Assembly: GCA_966692625.1 (NCBI GenBank)
Contig: CBKZAG010000001.1
Coordinates: 21,228-85,227, forward strand
DNA length: 64,000 nucleotides
DNA from: an uncultured Comamonadaceae bacterium
Lineage (GTDB): Bacteria > Pseudomonadota > Gammaproteobacteria > Burkholderiales > Burkholderiaceae_C
Direction: 5' to 3'
Position numbers and translations under genes: made by a program. Under the pieces are notes generated by a model. It did no database searches, had not been told where the DNA came from, and was given only the letters and a program-made list of their open reading frames with translations. Positions 1 through 9,245 of the stretch are shown here, one piece after another. Each line of letters opens with the position of its first letter. Positions within the stretch are counted from its first letter, which is position 1.

Positions 1-623
1 TTGAGGCCATCGCGTCCCTCAAACCGGACCTGATCCTTGCCGACCAGCGCCTGCATGGCGTCATCTGGCGCGAACTGACGGCGATCGCCCCCACTTTGCT
101 GGTTGAATCCCGCACCAGTTACCAGGAGGAACTCGATGCCATGCGGCTGATTGGGCAGGCGGTTGGCCGCGAAACCCGCATGGCGCAGCGTCTTGCCGAG
201 CACACCCGCACGATGAATCGCCTGGCTGAAGAGATCCGCAACGGCGGCAAGCTCAACGCTGCCTTGGCCATCAGCAGCGACAAGGGCACCTGGCTGCACA
301 CCGAAACCACCTACGCGGCAACCTTGCTGCAACGGCTGGGCTTTCCCTCACCGCTGAAAGGGCAGCGGTCCGCCGCCTGGGCGGAGCCCTACGCCAAGGT
401 CGGGCTGGAACAGATGCTGAGCGTCAACCCCGATGTCGTGCTGCTGGGCAGATACAGCACGCCGTCGCAGGTCGACACCTGGTCCACCAGCCCGCTTTGG
501 CAAGCGGTGAGCGCGGTCAAGCACCAGCGCGTCTACCCGGTGGACGGCAATCTTTGGGCGCGTGCTCGCGGCTTGATTTCAGCGGAGCTGATGGCTACGC
601 AGTTGCGCGACGCTCTTCGCTGA
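1..623 (+). CDS. Periplasmic Fe3+-siderophore/cobalamin-type (class III, FecB/FhuD-like) ABC substrate-binding protein, C-terminal part; 5' end lies outside the window
   Basis: The frame is open from the window edge (EAIASLKPDLILADQR...) and continues into listed ORF 96..623. It sits directly upstream of two FecCD permeases and an ATPase, and its stop shares one base with the next start (TGATG). Confidence 0.75.
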   Translation, partial: EAIASLKPDLILADQRLHGVIWRELTAIAPTLLVESRTSYQEELDAMRLIGQAVGRETRMAQRLAEHTRTMNRLAEEIRNGGKLNAALAISSDKGTWLHTETTYAATLLQRLGFPSPLKGQRSAAWAEPYAKVGLEQMLSVNPDVVLLGRYSTPSQVDTWSTSPLWQAVSAVKHQRVYPVDGNLWARARGLISAELMATQLRDALR

Positions 624-1594
624 TGCGGCGCCCCGCGTTCATTTTTGCGCTCGGTGCCGTGCTGTTGGCAGGTGCTGCCTGGGCCTCGCTGTTTGCGCTG
701 TCCGAGCACGCGCTGCACTGGAGCCATCTGTGGCAAGGCGACGGACTGCCTGCGCTCGTTCTGCGCGAAATCCGTCTTCCGCGCGCCCTGGCCTGTGCCT
801 TGATCGGGTTTGCCTTGGCCATGGCCGGCTGCCTGCTGCAGGCGGTGACCCGCAACCCTCTGGCTTCGCCGCACGTGCTGGGGATCAATCAGGGGGCGGC
901 GCTGTTTGTTGCGTGGTCGCTGACACTGCCAGCCCATGGGCCTTGGCTGCCACTGCCCATGGCCATGCTTGGCGCGGCCCTGGGGGGCGGCTTCGTCATG
1001 CTGCTCAGTGGCATGCTGCGCGGGCGCAGCAGCGGTGTGCGGCTTGTGCTCTCGGGTGTTGCAGTCTCCGCCCTGTGCGCCGCGCTGACGGATGGCATCG
1101 TCATCCTCAACAACGACCAGGCGATCAGCGTCGTTTCCTTTCTGGCCGGGTCGGTCGATGGCGTGACTTGGCAAAAGCTCGCGGGCCTGTGGCCTTGGCT
1201 TCTGGTGGCTGGCAGCGCCTGCATCTTGTTGGCACAGCGCCTGAACCTTTTGATGCTGGGGGAGGACGCCTCGCACAGCCTGGGCGTGAACGTGGTGCGG
1301 TTGCGTGCCGTGTGTGCGCTGCTGGTGGTGGTTCTGGCGGGTACCGTGGTCGCGTATGTGGGTGCCATAGCCTTCGTCGGACTCATCGTCCCTCACATCG
1401 CCCGAACCCTGCTGCAACGGCAGGATTTCCGCCTGCTGCTGCCGCTGTCGGCGTTGCTGGGCGCCAGCCTGATGCTGGCCGCCGATGCCTTGTCACGCCT
1501 GCCGCGCTACCCGTTTGAGACGCCTGTCGGCATCATCACGGCCCTGCTGGGCGCGCCCCTGTTTCTTTACCTGACGTGGAGGCACCGCCGATGA
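623..1594 (+). CDS. FecCD-family iron-siderophore ABC permease
   Basis: Part of ORF 497..1594. I chose the start ATG at 623, which overlaps the upstream stop (MRRPAFIFALGAV...). The product is a multi-TM hydrophobic protein with a FecCD-like C-terminus (GIITALLGAPLFLYL). Confidence 0.85.
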   Translation: MRRPAFIFALGAVLLAGAAWASLFALSEHALHWSHLWQGDGLPALVLREIRLPRALACALIGFALAMAGCLLQAVTRNPLASPHVLGINQGAALFVAWSLTLPAHGPWLPLPMAMLGAALGGGFVMLLSGMLRGRSSGVRLVLSGVAVSALCAALTDGIVILNNDQAISVVSFLAGSVDGVTWQKLAGLWPWLLVAGSACILLAQRLNLLMLGEDASHSLGVNVVRLRAVCALLVVVLAGTVVAYVGAIAFVGLIVPHIARTLLQRQDFRLLLPLSALLGASLMLAADALSRLPRYPFETPVGIITALLGAPLFLYLTWRHRR

Positions 1595-2574
1595 ACGTCC
1601 TGCCGAGATTCATCTTGACAGGCGCCGCCGTGGCTACCGGCATGGTGCTGCTCACCTTGCTTTGTCTGAGCGTCGGCGCGGTGCCTGTGTCTGTCGGTCA
1701 AGCCTTTCAGGCCGTGTGGCAGGACAATGGGCCACACGCCCATCTGGTCCAGGAACTTCGACTGCCGCGCGCCTTGCTCGCTTGGCCGGTAGGTGCGGCG
1801 CTCGCTGTTGCCGGTGCCCTGATCCAGGGCGTGCTCCGCAACCCTCTGGCCGCGCCCGACGTGATCGGCATCACCGCTGGCGCTGGCCTGGCCGCCGCCT
1901 TTGTGGTGCTGGTGCTGGGTGTGGCGCCATTGTGGGCAGTACCCACCGCTGCCTTTGTTGGTGGACTGCTGGCCGCCTTGCTGGTTCACGGTCTGGCATG
2001 GCGGGGCGGTGTCAGCCCCATGCACCTGGCGCTGGTCGGCGTGGCGGCCACCCAATTGTTCGCGGCGGGTATCCAGTTCCTCTCAACGGCTCATGCCGAC
2101 AACGTGGCGCAGGCCGTGATATGGCTGCGTGGCTCCCTGTGGGGCCGTACCTGGGACCAGTTGTGGCTGGCGTTGCCCCTGCTTCCCATGTTGCTGCCCG
2201 CATTCGCGCTCGGGCAGCAGCTCAATCTGCTGGCGCTGGGTGACGATGTGGCCACGGCCATGGGGGTGAGAGTAGGGCGGGTTCGCCTGCTGGCACTCCT
2301 GCTGGCCGTGCTGATGGCGAGCGCGGCCGTCGCCGTGGTCGGCACCGTCGCTTTCGTCGGGCTGGTGTCGCCGCACCTGGCTCGCCTCCTCGTCGGCGGC
2401 GACTATCGCCGCCTGATGCCAATGGCTGCGCTGCTTGGCGGGGGGCTGCTGTTGCTGGCAGACACCCTGGGCCGCGGCCTGCTGCCACCCATCGAGGTCC
2501 CGGCCGGAGTGATGACCGCTTTGCTGGGCGCGCCGTACTTTCTTTACTTGATGTCCCGCTATCGAAGATGGTAG
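1591..2574 (+). CDS. FecCD-family iron-siderophore ABC permease (second subunit)
   Basis: ORF 1576..2574. The ATG at 1591 forms an ATGA overlap with the upstream stop. It is a paralog of the previous permease (LRLPRAL, RNPLAAPDV.GI, GVMTALLGAPYFLYL). Confidence 0.85.
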   Translation: MNVLPRFILTGAAVATGMVLLTLLCLSVGAVPVSVGQAFQAVWQDNGPHAHLVQELRLPRALLAWPVGAALAVAGALIQGVLRNPLAAPDVIGITAGAGLAAAFVVLVLGVAPLWAVPTAAFVGGLLAALLVHGLAWRGGVSPMHLALVGVAATQLFAAGIQFLSTAHADNVAQAVIWLRGSLWGRTWDQLWLALPLLPMLLPAFALGQQLNLLALGDDVATAMGVRVGRVRLLALLLAVLMASAAVAVVGTVAFVGLVSPHLARLLVGGDYRRLMPMAALLGGGLLLLADTLGRGLLPPIEVPAGVMTALLGAPYFLYLMSRYRRW

Positions 2575-3404
2575 TCACAACGAACACCGCACGCCTGCAA
2601 GCAGAACAGCTGGTGCTGGCCTATGGTCAACGCCGTGTGCTCGATGGCATTGACCTGAGCATTCCTGACGGAGCCTTCACGGCGATCATCGGACCGAACG
2701 GCTGCGGCAAGTCGTCGCTGCTCAAGTCCTTCGCCAGGGTGCTGAGCCCCCAGCAGGGCGGGATCCGGCTGGATGGCATTGACGTTGCCAGCCACGCCAC
2801 CACCGCTTACGCCCGTCAGGTTTCCATGCTGCCGCAAGGCGTCGAGACGCCCGAGGGCATCACCGTGCGCGAGTTGGTGCAATACGGCCGCGCTCCATAC
2901 CAGCGGCTTTGGGGAATGGCGTCCGCCTCCGACCGCGCAGCAGTCGCGCGCGCCATGTCGCGCACCCAGGTAGACGATCTGGCTGAACGGCCGCTGGCCT
3001 ACCTCTCTGGCGGGCAGCGCCAGCGAGCGTGGCTGGCAATGGTGCTCGCCCAGGACACCCCCATCATCCTGCTGGATGAACCGACCACTTATCTGGACAT
3101 CAACCACCAGCACGAGCTGCTGGAGCTGATCGCCAGCCTGCGTGACGAAGGTCGCACCCTGGTGGCCGTGCTGCACGACATCAACCAGGCTGCCCGCTAC
3201 GCCGACCACATCGTCGCTCTTGGCAGCGGCGGCCGCATCTACCGGCAAGGCTCGCCATTTGAAGTGGTCAATCCGGAAATGATGCGTGCGCTGTTCGAAT
3301 TGGAGTGTGTGGTCGATATCGATGACGTGACCGAAACACCTCGCGTGACGCCCTTGCCGGGCCGCTCCCGGGCCGACGGGAGCAGCGAAGACCGCATCAC
3401 TTGA
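2568..3404 (+). CDS. ABC transporter ATP-binding protein (FecE/FepC-like)
   Basis: Walker A GPNGCGKSS, ABC signature LSGGQRQR and Walker B ILLDEPT are all present. It overlaps the permease stop by 7 nt. Confidence 0.9.
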   Translation: MVVTTNTARLQAEQLVLAYGQRRVLDGIDLSIPDGAFTAIIGPNGCGKSSLLKSFARVLSPQQGGIRLDGIDVASHATTAYARQVSMLPQGVETPEGITVRELVQYGRAPYQRLWGMASASDRAAVARAMSRTQVDDLAERPLAYLSGGQRQRAWLAMVLAQDTPIILLDEPTTYLDINHQHELLELIASLRDEGRTLVAVLHDINQAARYADHIVALGSGGRIYRQGSPFEVVNPEMMRALFELECVVDIDDVTETPRVTPLPGRSRADGSSEDRIT

Positions 3405-3629
3405 CCATTCGGTTCATCCGGTGGTTTTCTGAGCCAGAAGTCGTCTCGCTGGCTCGCCCGGTCTGTCAGATCGGTTTGCATCAGGCGGAAATCGATGGCG
3501 GCACGGCGGCCGTTTCCCTAGGGAGTTTCCCTGTAGGTATTCCGCTATGTCCCATGACTGCGCGTCCATTTCTACAGTTGCACAAGGCCGGACGCAGGCC
3601 TTCCTTAAACAGCAGCAGGAGATGACGTC

Positions 3630-4235
3630 GTGCAAACTTTCCCGATCAAGATCCATGTAGACCAGCCACAGCCTACGCCGCAATCATCGGCATTGACCCG
3701 TCGCCACCTTCTCAAGGGGAGCGGCATTTTGATGGGTACCCTTGCTGTGGGCACTCCGCTGGCGTTGCTGGCGCCGTCACGCACATGGGCGGTCGAACTG
3801 AAAACACTTTCCAAGGCAGAGGGTGAGGCACTGCTCCAGATGGGCAAGGTATTGTTTCCTCACAAGAAACTGCCGGATGCCGTGTACGCCCTGCTGTCGA
3901 AAGACCTGGATGCCGATGCAGCCGCCAACCCCGAAAGCGCCAAGTTGCTGCGCTCGGGTATCGAGTCGCTCAATCACCTGGCTGGCGGGAATTTTGTGAA
4001 GGCCAGTGCCGAGCGCAAGTTGCAAGCGGTAAAAGCCATGGAGGGCCAAGCGTTCTTCAACACCGTGCGCGGCAAGTGCGTGGTGTCTTTGTACGACAAC
4101 GAAATGGCCTACCAAGCCTTGGGCTACCCAGGTTCATCGTGGGAGAAGGGTGGTTACATCACCCGTGGCTTCCAGGATTTGAAGTGGTTGCCCAACCCGT
4201 CAGCTTCGGCCAGCCCTCCGCCCTACATGGGCTGA
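3630..4235 (+). CDS. Gluconate 2-dehydrogenase subunit 3-family small subunit, Tat-exported
   Basis: GTG start preceded by AGGAGA. It has a twin-arginine motif (TRRHLLKGSG) and a signal-peptide-like h-region ending AVE. It lies directly upstream of a GMC flavoprotein. Confidence 0.75.
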   Translation: MQTFPIKIHVDQPQPTPQSSALTRRHLLKGSGILMGTLAVGTPLALLAPSRTWAVELKTLSKAEGEALLQMGKVLFPHKKLPDAVYALLSKDLDADAAANPESAKLLRSGIESLNHLAGGNFVKASAERKLQAVKAMEGQAFFNTVRGKCVVSLYDNEMAYQALGYPGSSWEKGGYITRGFQDLKWLPNPSASASPPPYMG

Positions 4236-4322
4236 GCGGCGTCGATTTGTCAAGAGCAACACCACATATCCCTATCAGAGCCAAGGCCGGCTGCTACGTT
4301 TGCCGGCTCACAGGAGACACTC

Positions 4323-5891
4323 ATGACAACATTCTCACACAGCGACGACTCGGTGGTCGTCATCATCGGTTCGGGTGCTGGCGGCGGTACCCTGGCCAAC
4401 GAACTGTGCCAAAAAGGCATCAAGGTCGTTGTGCTGGAAGCCGGAGGAAAGCAGTCCAATGAAAGCTTCATCAACGACGAGTGGAAATCGTTCAGCCAAC
4501 TCGCCTGGTTGGACAAGCGCACCACGTCGGGCAGTTGGCGAATTGCCAAGGATTTCGCAGGCCTGCCGGCCTGGATCTGCAAGACAGTGGGCGGGACCAC
4601 CACCCATTGGGCGGGCGCCTCGCTGAGGTTCCAGGAACATGAGTTCAAGACCCGTACCGTCTATGGCGAGATCAAGGGTGCCAATCTGCTTGACTGGCCC
4701 ATCACCTACAAGGACCTAGAGCCTTACTACGCCAAGGCAGAGAACAAGATGGGCGTGACACGCACCCATGGTATTCCTGGCCTGCCCGGCAACAACAACT
4801 TCAAGGTCATGTACCACGGCGCCACCAAGCTGGGCTACAAGGAGGTGCACACCGGCAACATGGCCATCAACAGCCAGCCGCGCGACGGGCGGGGTCGATG
4901 CATGCAGCTTGGCTTCTGTTTCCAGGGTTGCAAGAGCGGGGCCAAATGGTCTACGCTCTACACCGAGTTGCCCGCAGCAGACGCCACGGGCAACTTTGAA
5001 CTCCGCACCCAGGCCCATGTCACCCGCATCGAGCACAACGCCGCAGGCAGGGTCACAGGTGTGCTCTACATGGACAAGGATGGCAAGGAGCAGCGTCAGA
5101 AGGCGCGAATCGTTTGTGTGGCGGGCAATGCGATCGAGACTCCGCGCCTGCTGCTGTTGTCGGCCTCGAACATGTTCAAGGACGGCCTGGCCAACTCGTC
5201 GGGCCAGGTGGGTCGCAACTACATGCGCCACATGACCGGCTCTGTCTACGCCGCGTTCAAAGACCCGGTGAACATGTACCGCGGGACTACGATGGCAGGC
5301 ATCGTGCGCGACGAAGCAGGCCACGACACCCGCCGCGGCTTTGCCGGCGGCTACGAAATGGAGACCCTGTCGCTCGGGCTGCCTTTCATGGCGGCGTTCC
5401 TCAATCCGGGTGCCTGGGGCAGCGACTTCACCTGGTGGATGGAGCGCTACACACAACTGGCGGGCATGTGGCTGGTGGGTGAGGATATGCCGAGAGAGAC
5501 CAACCGCATCACCCTCAACACCGGCGTGAAGGATCAGTACGGCAACTACGTGCCCAATGTCCATTTCGATGACCACGAAAACGACATTGCCATGCGCAAC
5601 CACGCTTTTACACAGGCTGAGCGGATCTACCAGGCAGCCGGTGCGGTGCGCACTTTCCGCACGCCACCATACCCGTCAACCCACAACCTGGGCACGGCGC
5701 GGATGAGCGCCCGGGCGCAGGACGGTGTGTGCAATGGATTTGGCCAGACGCACGACATTCCCAACCTGTTCATCAGCGACGGCTGCCAGTTCACGACCGG
5801 CGGCGCTGAAAACCCGACACTGACGATCGTCACCCTGGCCATCCGTCAGGCCGACTACATTGCATCGCAGATGGCGCAACGCGCCCTTTGA
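4323..5891 (+). CDS. GMC-family FAD-dependent oxidoreductase (large flavoprotein subunit)
   Basis: N-terminal FAD Rossmann motif VVIIGSGAGGG..VVVLEAGG. At 522 aa the length is typical, and the C-terminal GMC region (HNLGTARM...) is present. Confidence 0.85.
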   Translation: MTTFSHSDDSVVVIIGSGAGGGTLANELCQKGIKVVVLEAGGKQSNESFINDEWKSFSQLAWLDKRTTSGSWRIAKDFAGLPAWICKTVGGTTTHWAGASLRFQEHEFKTRTVYGEIKGANLLDWPITYKDLEPYYAKAENKMGVTRTHGIPGLPGNNNFKVMYHGATKLGYKEVHTGNMAINSQPRDGRGRCMQLGFCFQGCKSGAKWSTLYTELPAADATGNFELRTQAHVTRIEHNAAGRVTGVLYMDKDGKEQRQKARIVCVAGNAIETPRLLLLSASNMFKDGLANSSGQVGRNYMRHMTGSVYAAFKDPVNMYRGTTMAGIVRDEAGHDTRRGFAGGYEMETLSLGLPFMAAFLNPGAWGSDFTWWMERYTQLAGMWLVGEDMPRETNRITLNTGVKDQYGNYVPNVHFDDHENDIAMRNHAFTQAERIYQAAGAVRTFRTPPYPSTHNLGTARMSARAQDGVCNGFGQTHDIPNLFISDGCQFTTGGAENPTLTIVTLAIRQADYIASQMAQRAL

Positions 5892-5919
5892 CCCGATCGC
5901 ATCCACACAGGAGCCCGCC

Positions 5920-6294
5920 ATGTGCGAATATTTTGTCAGCGCCGACCCGATCCATTACGAATCGCGCACGCGTACCGTGCGTATTCGGGGTGTGTCGACC
6001 AGCATACGGATGGAAAACTTCATCTGGGACATCCTGGCGCAGATGGCGGCCGAGGAGGGCGTGACCACGAATGCCCTCATTGTGCAGTTTCACGACGAAA
6101 TCCTGCGGCACCGCGGGGACGTCCTCAACTTCACGTCGTTCCTGCGGGTTACCTGTTTGCGGTTTCTTAGTCGCAAATGCGAACAGCTTGAAGCGGTGGT
6201 TGAAAGCACGAAAGAGGCTCATGCCGCCTTTGGCGCGCTAGAACAGACCGCTTTGGTGCCGAACGCCGCTCGCAAGCCAGACTTGCCCCATTGA
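5920..6294 (+). CDS. Ribbon-helix-helix domain protein (RHH_4-like), function unknown
   Basis: Part of ORF 5860..6294, trimmed to the ATG at 5920 (MCEYFVSADPIHYESRTRTVRIRGVSTSIRMENFIWD...). The TSIRLE/FW pattern is recalled from PF13467-type proteins. Confidence 0.55.
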   Translation: MCEYFVSADPIHYESRTRTVRIRGVSTSIRMENFIWDILAQMAAEEGVTTNALIVQFHDEILRHRGDVLNFTSFLRVTCLRFLSRKCEQLEAVVESTKEAHAAFGALEQTALVPNAARKPDLPH

Positions 6295-6314
6295 GATCTT
6301 TCGACAAGCAATCC

Positions 6315-6710
6315 ATGGCAAAACTTATCCATACCATGATCCGTGTCCGCGATCTGGACGCGTCTTTGAAGTTTTACGACGAGGTCTTCAACCTCAAGCC
6401 GTCGCACCGCCTCGACTTCCCTGACTTCGCCTTGGTGTACCTGCGCAATGGGGAGAGCGAGTCCGAAATCGAGCTGACGTGGAACAAGGGCCGCGAGGAA
6501 CCTTACACCCACGGCGACGGTTACGGGCATGTGGCGGTGGTGGTGCTGGATGTGCCAACGTGCCACGCGAAGCTGGTGGCTTCCGGGTACGCGCCGCTGC
6601 CAGTCAAGGAGTTCAAGTCTGGCGACACGCTGCTGGCCCGCTTTTTCTTCATCCAGGACCCCGACGGCTACAAGATCGAGGTGTTGGAGCGCCACGGACA
6701 CTACCGTTGA
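6315..6710 (+). CDS. gloA: Lactoylglutathione lyase (glyoxalase I), VOC family
   Basis: MAKLIHTMIRVRDL... aligns by eye with E. coli GloA (MRLLHTMLRVGDL). The metal ligands His (HTM), Glu (IELTWN), His (YGHVAV) and Glu (KIEVLE) are retained. Confidence 0.8.
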   Translation: MAKLIHTMIRVRDLDASLKFYDEVFNLKPSHRLDFPDFALVYLRNGESESEIELTWNKGREEPYTHGDGYGHVAVVVLDVPTCHAKLVASGYAPLPVKEFKSGDTLLARFFFIQDPDGYKIEVLERHGHYR

Positions 6711-7963
6711 GCACCCCGCTGGAATCGCTGATCAGGAGGTCCGCACCAGCGATCGAATCCTGGTTCCAACGCGAGTGGGCCGTTCTGGCGCCACCCGTGT
6801 ACAGCTCGGTAGATGTCCGCCGCGCCGGCTTCAAGCTGGCGCCGGTGGACACCAACCTGTTCCCCGGAGGCTGGAACAACCTGACGCCGGACATGTGGTC
6901 TCTGGCGGCTCAGGCAGCCCGGGCCGTGGTGCAGCAAAGAGGAGCAGGGGTGAAGAACTTGCTGCTCATACCCGAAAACCACACCCGCAACCCCTTTTAC
7001 CTGCAGAACGTAGCGCAGTTGTGCCGCGTCCTGCGTCTGGCGGGGTTGAAGGTGCGCTTGGGGTCGCTCGATCCTTCGGTTCAGAGCACGGTCACCCTGG
7101 CGCTGCCTGATGGAGAGCTGTTGACTCTGAAGCCAGTGATCCGCGAGGGGCAACGCTTGATGCTTGCAGGTTTTGAGCCGGATGCGGTGCTCCTCAACAA
7201 CGATCTGTCGGCCGGTGTCCCTGCCGTGCTGCGCGGCCTGCAAGGGCAGCCGCTGTGGCCGCCTTTGAAGGCAGGCTGGCATGTGCGTCGCAAGTCTGCT
7301 CATTTCCGGCATTACGCCGCTGTGGCTCGCCGTTTTGCCAATGCGCTTGACATCGATCCCTGGTGCATCGATCCGCTGTTCGATCATTGCCAAGGTGTCG
7401 ACTTTGCCAAGGGGCTTGGTCTGGATGAATTGCAGCACCGGGTGGATGCACTGTTGGCAAGTATCCGGTGCAAATACCGTCAGCATGGCGTCGAAGCTGC
7501 ACCGTTCGTCATTGTGAAGGCCGACAACGGCACCTATGGCATGGGCGTCATGACGGTACGTGATGCAAGCGAATTGGAGCGCTTGAACCGCCGCACCCGC
7601 AACAAGATGGGGGTGATCAAGGAGGGCCAGGCGGTGACTCAGGTGCTGCTGCAGGAGGGGGTACCGACCATCGAACGCATGCACGGGGCGGTGGCGGAGC
7701 CGGTGGTGTACCTCATGGGTGCCGAGGCTGTGGGCGGTTTCTACCGGGTGCATGCTTCGCGTGGAGCAGACGAAAACCTGAACGCCCCCGGGGCGGCTTT
7801 CGTGCCTCTGGCGTTGGCACCAGATGGGTGTATGCCAGCGCATTTTTACCCCGACACCGTTCTCGCCAGGTTGGCCGCCCTGGCAGCCAGCCACGAACTG
7901 GCGCAGGCAGACTCGACGGCGGCTGTGCTCCCGAAGGAAGCATCGCGGATCTGTGAAGCATGA
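6707..7963 (+). CDS. gshA: Glutamate--cysteine ligase (betaproteobacterial/T. ferrooxidans-type GshA)
   Basis: ORF 6479..7963. The upstream part overlaps gloA in another frame with junk composition. The likely start is the TTG at 6707 (TTGA overlap with the gloA stop). The sequence STPLESLI...VDTNLFPGGWNNL matches my recollection of the TIGR02049 family. Confidence 0.7.
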   Translation: MSTPLESLIRRSAPAIESWFQREWAVLAPPVYSSVDVRRAGFKLAPVDTNLFPGGWNNLTPDMWSLAAQAARAVVQQRGAGVKNLLLIPENHTRNPFYLQNVAQLCRVLRLAGLKVRLGSLDPSVQSTVTLALPDGELLTLKPVIREGQRLMLAGFEPDAVLLNNDLSAGVPAVLRGLQGQPLWPPLKAGWHVRRKSAHFRHYAAVARRFANALDIDPWCIDPLFDHCQGVDFAKGLGLDELQHRVDALLASIRCKYRQHGVEAAPFVIVKADNGTYGMGVMTVRDASELERLNRRTRNKMGVIKEGQAVTQVLLQEGVPTIERMHGAVAEPVVYLMGAEAVGGFYRVHASRGADENLNAPGAAFVPLALAPDGCMPAHFYPDTVLARLAALAASHELAQADSTAAVLPKEASRICEA

Positions 7964-8418
7964 CCGCTCACGCGGTGCTGAACTTTTTGAAATCTGAAAT
8001 GAAATACCTGCACACCATGGTCCGCGTATCGGATCTGGAACAATCCTTGCACTTTTACCGTGACGCCCTAGGGCTGGAAGTGCTGCGCCGCCAAGACGTC
8101 CCCCACGGGCGCTTCACTCTGGTCTTTCTGGCTGCGCCGGGCGATGTCAGCGCGCAGATCGAGCTGACGCACAACTGGGATGAGCAGGGTTACACCGGGG
8201 GACGCAACTTCGGCCATGTGGCTTACGCCGTGGACGATATCTACGCTGCGTGTGAACGCCTGCAGGCCTATGGCGTGGCGCTGTCCCGTCCGCCACGCGA
8301 CGGTTACATGGCATTTGTGCGCTCGCCTGATGGCATCTCCATCGAGCTGCTGCAGCGCGGCGCCCCACAGGCTCCGCGCGCGCCATGGTCGGACATGCCA
8401 AACATCGGTACCTGGTGA
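7960..8418 (+). CDS. gloA: Lactoylglutathione lyase (glyoxalase I) paralog
   Basis: The ATG at 7960 forms an ATGA overlap with the gshA stop. The homology-preferred alternative start is 7999 (MKYLHTMVRVSDL). Metal ligands are retained (HTM, IELTHN, FGHVAY, SIELLQ). Confidence 0.8.
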   Translation: MTAHAVLNFLKSEMKYLHTMVRVSDLEQSLHFYRDALGLEVLRRQDVPHGRFTLVFLAAPGDVSAQIELTHNWDEQGYTGGRNFGHVAYAVDDIYAACERLQAYGVALSRPPRDGYMAFVRSPDGISIELLQRGAPQAPRAPWSDMPNIGTW

Positions 8419-8423
8419 GGAAC

Positions 8424-9245
8424 ATGAACATGAACATGTCTTCCGCCATTGAACCCGCATCCCCAGTTGGCGCTGATACAACAAGGTGGCCAGAGCTTCG
8501 GACCGTGGCTGTGTTACCCGGCTCACTTCCCATGGGCGGAGTGGTGCCGGATACCCCCATCCATGCTTTTACCCAGACGCCGGATGTATTGAAGCTGCAA
8601 CCCCAGCCAGCAGTGCAGTCGTGCCGCCGCGATATCGAACTTGGAGGCCTGCTGGCATTCGTTATCGACGGTGTGGTCACCGCGCAGGAGGCAGAACACA
8701 TCATCGCAGCCAGTGAAGTGTGCGGCTACCGTGATGAGGCGCCAGGCATAGCCACTCCGCCTGGCATGCGCATGAACAAGTCCGTGCACTGGGTCGCAGA
8801 CGAAGCCTTGCTGGGACCGCTCATGCAACGCATCCGTCCCTGGCTGCCTCAGCGCGTCTCAGGTCTCAGGTTGCATGAGCGGCTGAGCCACCGCATCAAC
8901 ATGTACCGGTACGAAGACAACGATGTTTTCAACCGGCACATCGACGGTGATTGGCCTGGCTACGGGCTGGACACAGAGCGCCGTGAGATGCAGGAGTGGC
9001 CCGGTATGCGCTCGGCGCTCACCATGCTGCTCTACCTGAACGACAGTGCCGACGGTGTGCGGGGTGGCAATACCCGACTGCTGACGCGCGGCGGCCGCTG
9101 GGTGGATGTCGAGCCGCGCAAAGGGAGCGCGTTGTTCTTCCGGCACGGATTCACGCCAGACTCTGTCGTTCATATCGGAGACCGCGTATTTGGGCGTGTG
9201 CCCAAATACGTGGCCCGGATCAACGTTCTGTATGGTCCAGACTAA
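8424..9245 (+). CDS. 2OG-Fe(II) oxygenase (prolyl 4-hydroxylase-like)
   Basis: HxD motif HIDGD, distal His in VVHIGD and KYVAR near the C-terminus. GAGGAA precedes the ATG at 8424; alternative in-frame ATGs lie at 8430 and 8436. Confidence 0.7.
   Translation: MNMNMSSAIEPASPVGADTTRWPELRTVAVLPGSLPMGGVVPDTPIHAFTQTPDVLKLQPQPAVQSCRRDIELGGLLAFVIDGVVTAQEAEHIIAASEVCGYRDEAPGIATPPGMRMNKSVHWVADEALLGPLMQRIRPWLPQRVSGLRLHERLSHRINMYRYEDNDVFNRHIDGDWPGYGLDTERREMQEWPGMRSALTMLLYLNDSADGVRGGNTRLLTRGGRWVDVEPRKGSALFFRHGFTPDSVVHIGDRVFGRVPKYVARINVLYGPD

Noticed and set aside
3405-3629. The 225-bp intergenic region after the siderophore ABC operon, examined for a Fur box, riboswitch or sRNA, plus the small ORF 3401..3625
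   Set aside because: I found no convincing Fur-box-like 19-bp dyad and no conserved riboswitch-like structure I could recognise. There is only a weak 6-bp hairpin (about 3581-3600). The small ORF has non-protein-like composition.
8421-8438. AACATG x3 hexanucleotide repeat spanning the start of the 2OG oxygenase gene (encoding MNMNM) as a possible phase-variation tract
   Set aside because: There are only three units and it is in frame, so slippage would add or remove Asn-Met without switching the gene off. It is too short to argue for contingency behaviour.
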